From Fonticula alba ATCC 38817 (lineage: Eukaryota; Protista; Nucleariida): a DNA stretch of 9,468 nucleotides. The stretch lies in assembly GCA_000388065.2 (NCBI GenBank), contig KB932201.1. One strand, given 5' to 3'. Both the position numbers and the translations under genes were made by a program. Within the stretch, counting starts at the first letter, position 1. Each line of letters starts with the position of its first letter. Below the pieces are notes generated by a model that saw nothing but the letters and a program-made list of their open reading frames with translations, did no database searches and was not told the DNA's origin. This document shows positions 6,956-9,468 of the stretch, piece by piece.

Positions 6956-7639
6956 NNNNNNNNNNNNNNNNNNNNNNNNNNNNNNNNNNNNNNNNNNNNN
7001 NNNNNNNNNNNNNNNNNNNNNNNNNNNNNNNNNNNNNNNNNNNNNNNNNNNNNNNNNNNNNNNNNNNNNNNNNNNNNNNNNNNNNNNNNNNNNNNNNNNN
7101 NNNNNNNNNNNNNNNNNNNNNNNNNNNNNNNNNNNNNNNNNNNNNNNNNNNNNNNNNNNNNNNNNNNNNNNNNNNNNNNNNNNNNNNNNNNNNNNNNNNN
7201 NNNNNNNNNNNNNNNNNNNNNNNNNNNNNNNNNNNNNNNNNNNNNNNNNNNNNNNNNNNNNNNNNNNNNNNNNNNNNNNNNNNNNNNNNNNNNNNNNNNN
7301 NNNNNNNNNNNNNNNNNNNNNNNNNNNNNNNNNNNNNNNNNNNNNNNNNNNNNNNNNNNNNNNNNNNNNNNNNNNNNNNNNNNNNNNNNNNNNNNNNNNN
7401 NNNNNNNNNNNNNNNNNNNNNNNNNNNNNNNNNNNNNNNNNNNNNNNNNNNNNNNNNNNNNNNNNNNNNNNNNNNNNNNNNNNNNNNNNNNNNNNNNNNN
7501 NNNNNNNNNNNNNNNNNNNNNNNNNNNNNNNNNNNNNNNNNNNNNNNNNNNNNNNNNNNNNNNNNNNNNNNNNNNNNNNNNNNNNNNNNNNNNNNNNNNN
7601 NNNNNNNNNNNNNNNNNNNNNNNNNNNNNNNNNNNNNNN
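6956..7639. other. Assembly gap (684 N), expected to hide the kinase C2 (S/GGDG) exon(s)
   Basis: Run of N between the C1 and C3 motifs; the ~50-60 aa between them, including the GDG motif, is not found in the sequenced DNA. Confidence 0.95.
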
Positions 7640-7698
7640 CCCCCCCCCCCCTGCCCCCCTACCCCCGGCCGGGCTCGTGTGTCGGTGTGCCCCGGAAG

Positions 7699-7780
7699 AT
7701 CCCCGCCGGGAGTGGCAATGGCCTGGCTCGTGCGGTCCAAAGCGACACGCCTAGCCTGGCGGCCTTCAATCTCATCAAAG
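7699..7780 (+). CDS. SPHK: Sphingosine kinase-like gene exon: C3 motif IPAGSGNGLARAVQSDTPSLAAFNLIKG
   Basis: GSGN-type C3 motif, as in SphK/Lcb4/5 rather than CERK (GSTD). Donor AAAG|GTATGC at 7781. The 5' boundary (AAG acceptor 7696-7698) is less certain. Confidence 0.85.
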
Positions 7781-7912
7781 GTATGCCATCCAGCCTCCCC
7801 GGGCCGCGCGCGCCCGATGGCGAGCCAGCCTCCCCGCAGAAGGCTCACCCACCGTGCATCCCTCTTCCCCGTGAAAATGTGCCTCCCCCCGCCGCCGCCG
7901 CCCATTCGAAAG
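7781..7912 (+). other. Spliceosomal intron (132 nt) in the kinase gene
   Basis: GTATGC...AAG. Removal restores the compact family spacing IKG..PFDL. Confidence 0.75.
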
Positions 7913-8060
7913 GCCATCACGAGCCCTTTGACCTGATGGCCGTGTCCACATTGGAGAACGCCGGCCCGGCCGGTGACCGCCAGTGGGTCACCCGCTTCAG
8001 CCACCTTACCTACACGTATGGCCTGGTGGCCGAGATCGACCTGCTGTCGGACCAGTTCCG
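7913..8060 (+). CDS. SPHK: Sphingosine kinase-like gene exon: GHHEPFDLMAV...RFSHLTYTYGLVAEIDLLSDQFR (C4 lipid-binding motif)
   Basis: Aligns by eye with human SPHK1 FSVLSLAWGFIADVDLESEKYR, keeping the sphingosine-binding Asp (D178 equivalent). Acceptor AAG at 7910-7912; donor CCG|GTACGT at 8061. Confidence 0.88.
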
Positions 8061-8264
8061 GTACGTGCAGGCAGTGTGGCCCGTGCGCCTCGGCGCCGCG
8101 CCGGCGCACTGCCCTCTCCCCCGCGCGCCGTTGCCGCCGCCGCTCCTGGCGGCAACACGCTCCCTTGATCGTCATTCTCGTTCACACGCATGCACATGCA
8201 TATACTGACCCCTCCTTTCTCCCTGTGGGCCTGCCTGCCCCCTCCCCCTTCCACGTGGCTACAG
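8061..8264 (+). other. Spliceosomal intron (204 nt) in the kinase gene
   Basis: GTACGT...TACTGAC...pyrimidine tract...TACAG; in-frame TGA at 8206-8208. Confidence 0.85.
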
Positions 8265-8331
8265 CGTCCTCGGGCCGGCCCGATTCCACGCTGTGGCCAT
8301 CATGCGGGCATTTGTCCCACCCAGCCGGCAC
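8265..8331 (+). CDS. SPHK: Sphingosine kinase-like gene small exon: (R)VLGPARFHAVAIMRAFVPPSRH
   Basis: Not in the ORF track. Branch TACTGAC at 8203-8209, polypyrimidine tract, acceptor TACAG at 8260-8264 (phase 2 completes the Arg). Continues the conserved R.LG..RF motif. Donor GTGCGT at 8332. Confidence 0.82.
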
Positions 8332-8468
8332 GTGCGTCGCCCGGGGCCACACCGGCTCCGGTACCCTGCCGCGGGCAGCTTGTCCCGCCCCGCCCCGCCC
8401 CGCCCCGCCCCGCCCGATCACTGACCACGCTCCTGCCGCCCTGCCTCCGGCCACGGTGTGTGCCCCAG
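8332..8468 (+). other. Spliceosomal intron (137 nt) in the kinase gene
   Basis: GTGCGT...(CCCCG)n...CTGAC...CAG. Confidence 0.8.
8384..8416. repeat. (CCCCG)n pentanucleotide repeat
   Basis: Five perfect units at 8388-8412, flanked by CCCG. Confidence 0.9.
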
Positions 8469-9424
8469 TATCACCTGGCTTACCTGCCGAAGGCCGAGCC
8501 GTCGACCGGCGCCGCCGGGGCCGCTGCACAGGCGTCGCCGAGCTCGCCGGATCGCGCGCATCTGCGCGGCACGGCCCCCCCCTCGCGGAGTTCCTCCACG
8601 GCTGCCCTGGCGCCGGGCTCGCCGGGCGGGCCACAGCACACGCCGGGCCCGGACCCGGGGGCCGAATCCCCCACCGATGCCGGGGCTGCCTCGGAGCCCG
8701 GGGCAGCTGCCCGCCGGCCGGCCGGGCCCCCGGCCATGGACATGGCCCCGGCGGCCGACGGATCGGCCTCCACGGTGAACCTCCCCCCGTCGGAGGCAGA
8801 CCCGGGGGGCGCCGGCTCGGACCCCGAGCACCCGGGGGCAGGGGCCGACGATGGCGGGGCCGCGCGGGCCGGAGCCGCCGGGGTGGACCACGGCCCGGCC
8901 GCTGGCCGGGGCTCCGCCACATCGTCGGCCATGGCGGCCACGCCGCTGGCGCTGCCGCTGGTGCCGGGGTCCCTGCTGCCGGCCGACGGGCCGCTCGAGT
9001 GCCTGGGGCACCTGCGCTCGCGCGGCTGGCGCGTCTTGCTGGACGGGCAGACGCCGGCCCGGCAGCCGGACGGCCGGCCCTCCTCCTTCGGCATCCTGGC
9101 CTGCAATGTCCCGTGGATCTCGCTGACCGACTGCGTGGCCCCCTTCGCCTCGAGCCAGGACGGCATCATCGACCTGCTGGTGGTGCACTCGCACAACCAG
9201 CCGCCGGGGGCCGGGGACCCGGGGCACTCGCCCGTCGGCCCGGCCCCGACCGCCAGCCAGCTGGAGGCCTCCTTCGGCGACCGCGTCAACCTCCTGCAGA
9301 GCTTCGAGAGCGGGACCGCCTACCTGTCTCCCATGGTGGAGTATGTCCATGCGCAGGCGCTGGTGCTGCTCCCGTGCGAGGGGGAGACCGAGCGCGGCGC
9401 GCTGGCCGCCATCGACGGCGAGGG
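8469..9424 (+). CDS. SPHK: Sphingosine kinase-like gene large 3' exon: YHLAYLP, Pro/Gly/Ala insertion, GILACNVPWIS..APFASSQDGIIDLLVV..LLQSFESG..VEYVHAQALVLLP..AIDGE (C5); gene continues beyond the window
   Basis: Translated by hand; absent from the ORF track because there is no stop in the window. Branch CTGAC at 8421-8425, acceptor CAG at 8466-8468, open for 318 codons, conserved DG.lDl and DGE motifs, donor GTGCGT at 9425. Confidence 0.88.
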
Positions 9425-9450
9425 GTGCGTGTGCCGCGGTGTCACCCCCC

Positions 9451-9468
9451 GGGTGGGTGGGTGGGTGG
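9451..9468. repeat. (GGGT)n repeat at the window edge, in the intron after the DGE exon
   Basis: Read directly; truncated by the window. Confidence 0.85.

Noticed and set aside
3660-7754. 1364-aa ORF read as a single CDS, with an apparently hydrophobic Leu/Ser/Phe 'transmembrane' region
   Set aside because: It starts before a gap and reads through introns. The LSF stretch is the translated CT repeat (also in 6382..8208 and 6470..7936), not a membrane domain.
8418-9350. Minus-strand ORFs 8418..9350 and 8480..9289, and plus-strand ORFs 8458..8778 and 8851..9126
   Set aside because: Shadows of the real plus-strand kinase exon 8469..9424, which carries the conserved motifs.
6254-9424. Ceramide kinase or diacylglycerol kinase as alternative identities
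   Set aside because: C3 is GSGNGLA (SphK/LCB-kinase type) rather than CERK GSTD, the C4 region matches the SphK sphingosine-binding segment, and there are no DAGK C1 zinc fingers or DAGK accessory-domain pattern.
1-9468. tRNA, rRNA, ncRNA, prokaryotic promoters, terminators or operon structure
   Set aside because: No cloverleaf or rRNA-like segments seen. The sequence is eukaryotic and spliced, so bacterial-style features do not apply.

Overview
GC-rich, microsatellite-laden eukaryotic genomic DNA from a draft assembly, with two N-gaps (3671-4342, 6956-7639). The style (spliceosomal GT-AG introns with GTRYGY-type donors and CTGAC branch sites, very high GC3) would fit a GC-rich protist or opisthokont such as Fonticula, but that is only an impression. 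Most of the ORF track is artefact. Manual splicing gives two divergent intron-containing genes. (1) Minus strand, 5 phase-compatible exons (2931 or 3021..2599, 2377..2188, 2058..1995, 1902..1435, 972..195; about 610-640 aa): a long disordered N-terminus, a His/Gln-rich tract and a C-terminal SnoaL_4/NTF2-like domain that retains a LinA/BaiE-type Tyr-Asp-His set. (2) Plus strand, a sphingosine/long-chain-base kinase (DAGK-catalytic family) with a split PH-like N-terminus. Visible exons are 4491..5601, 5848..6396, 7699..7780, 7913..8060, 8265..8331 and 8469..9424. The GDG-motif exon is missing and probably lies in the second gap, and the 3' end runs off the window. No RNA genes, CRISPR arrays or mobile elements are supported. 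The most notable element is the IDR + polyHis/Gln + SnoaL-like dehydratase-fold protein. I see no firm evidence for a multi-gene novel system.
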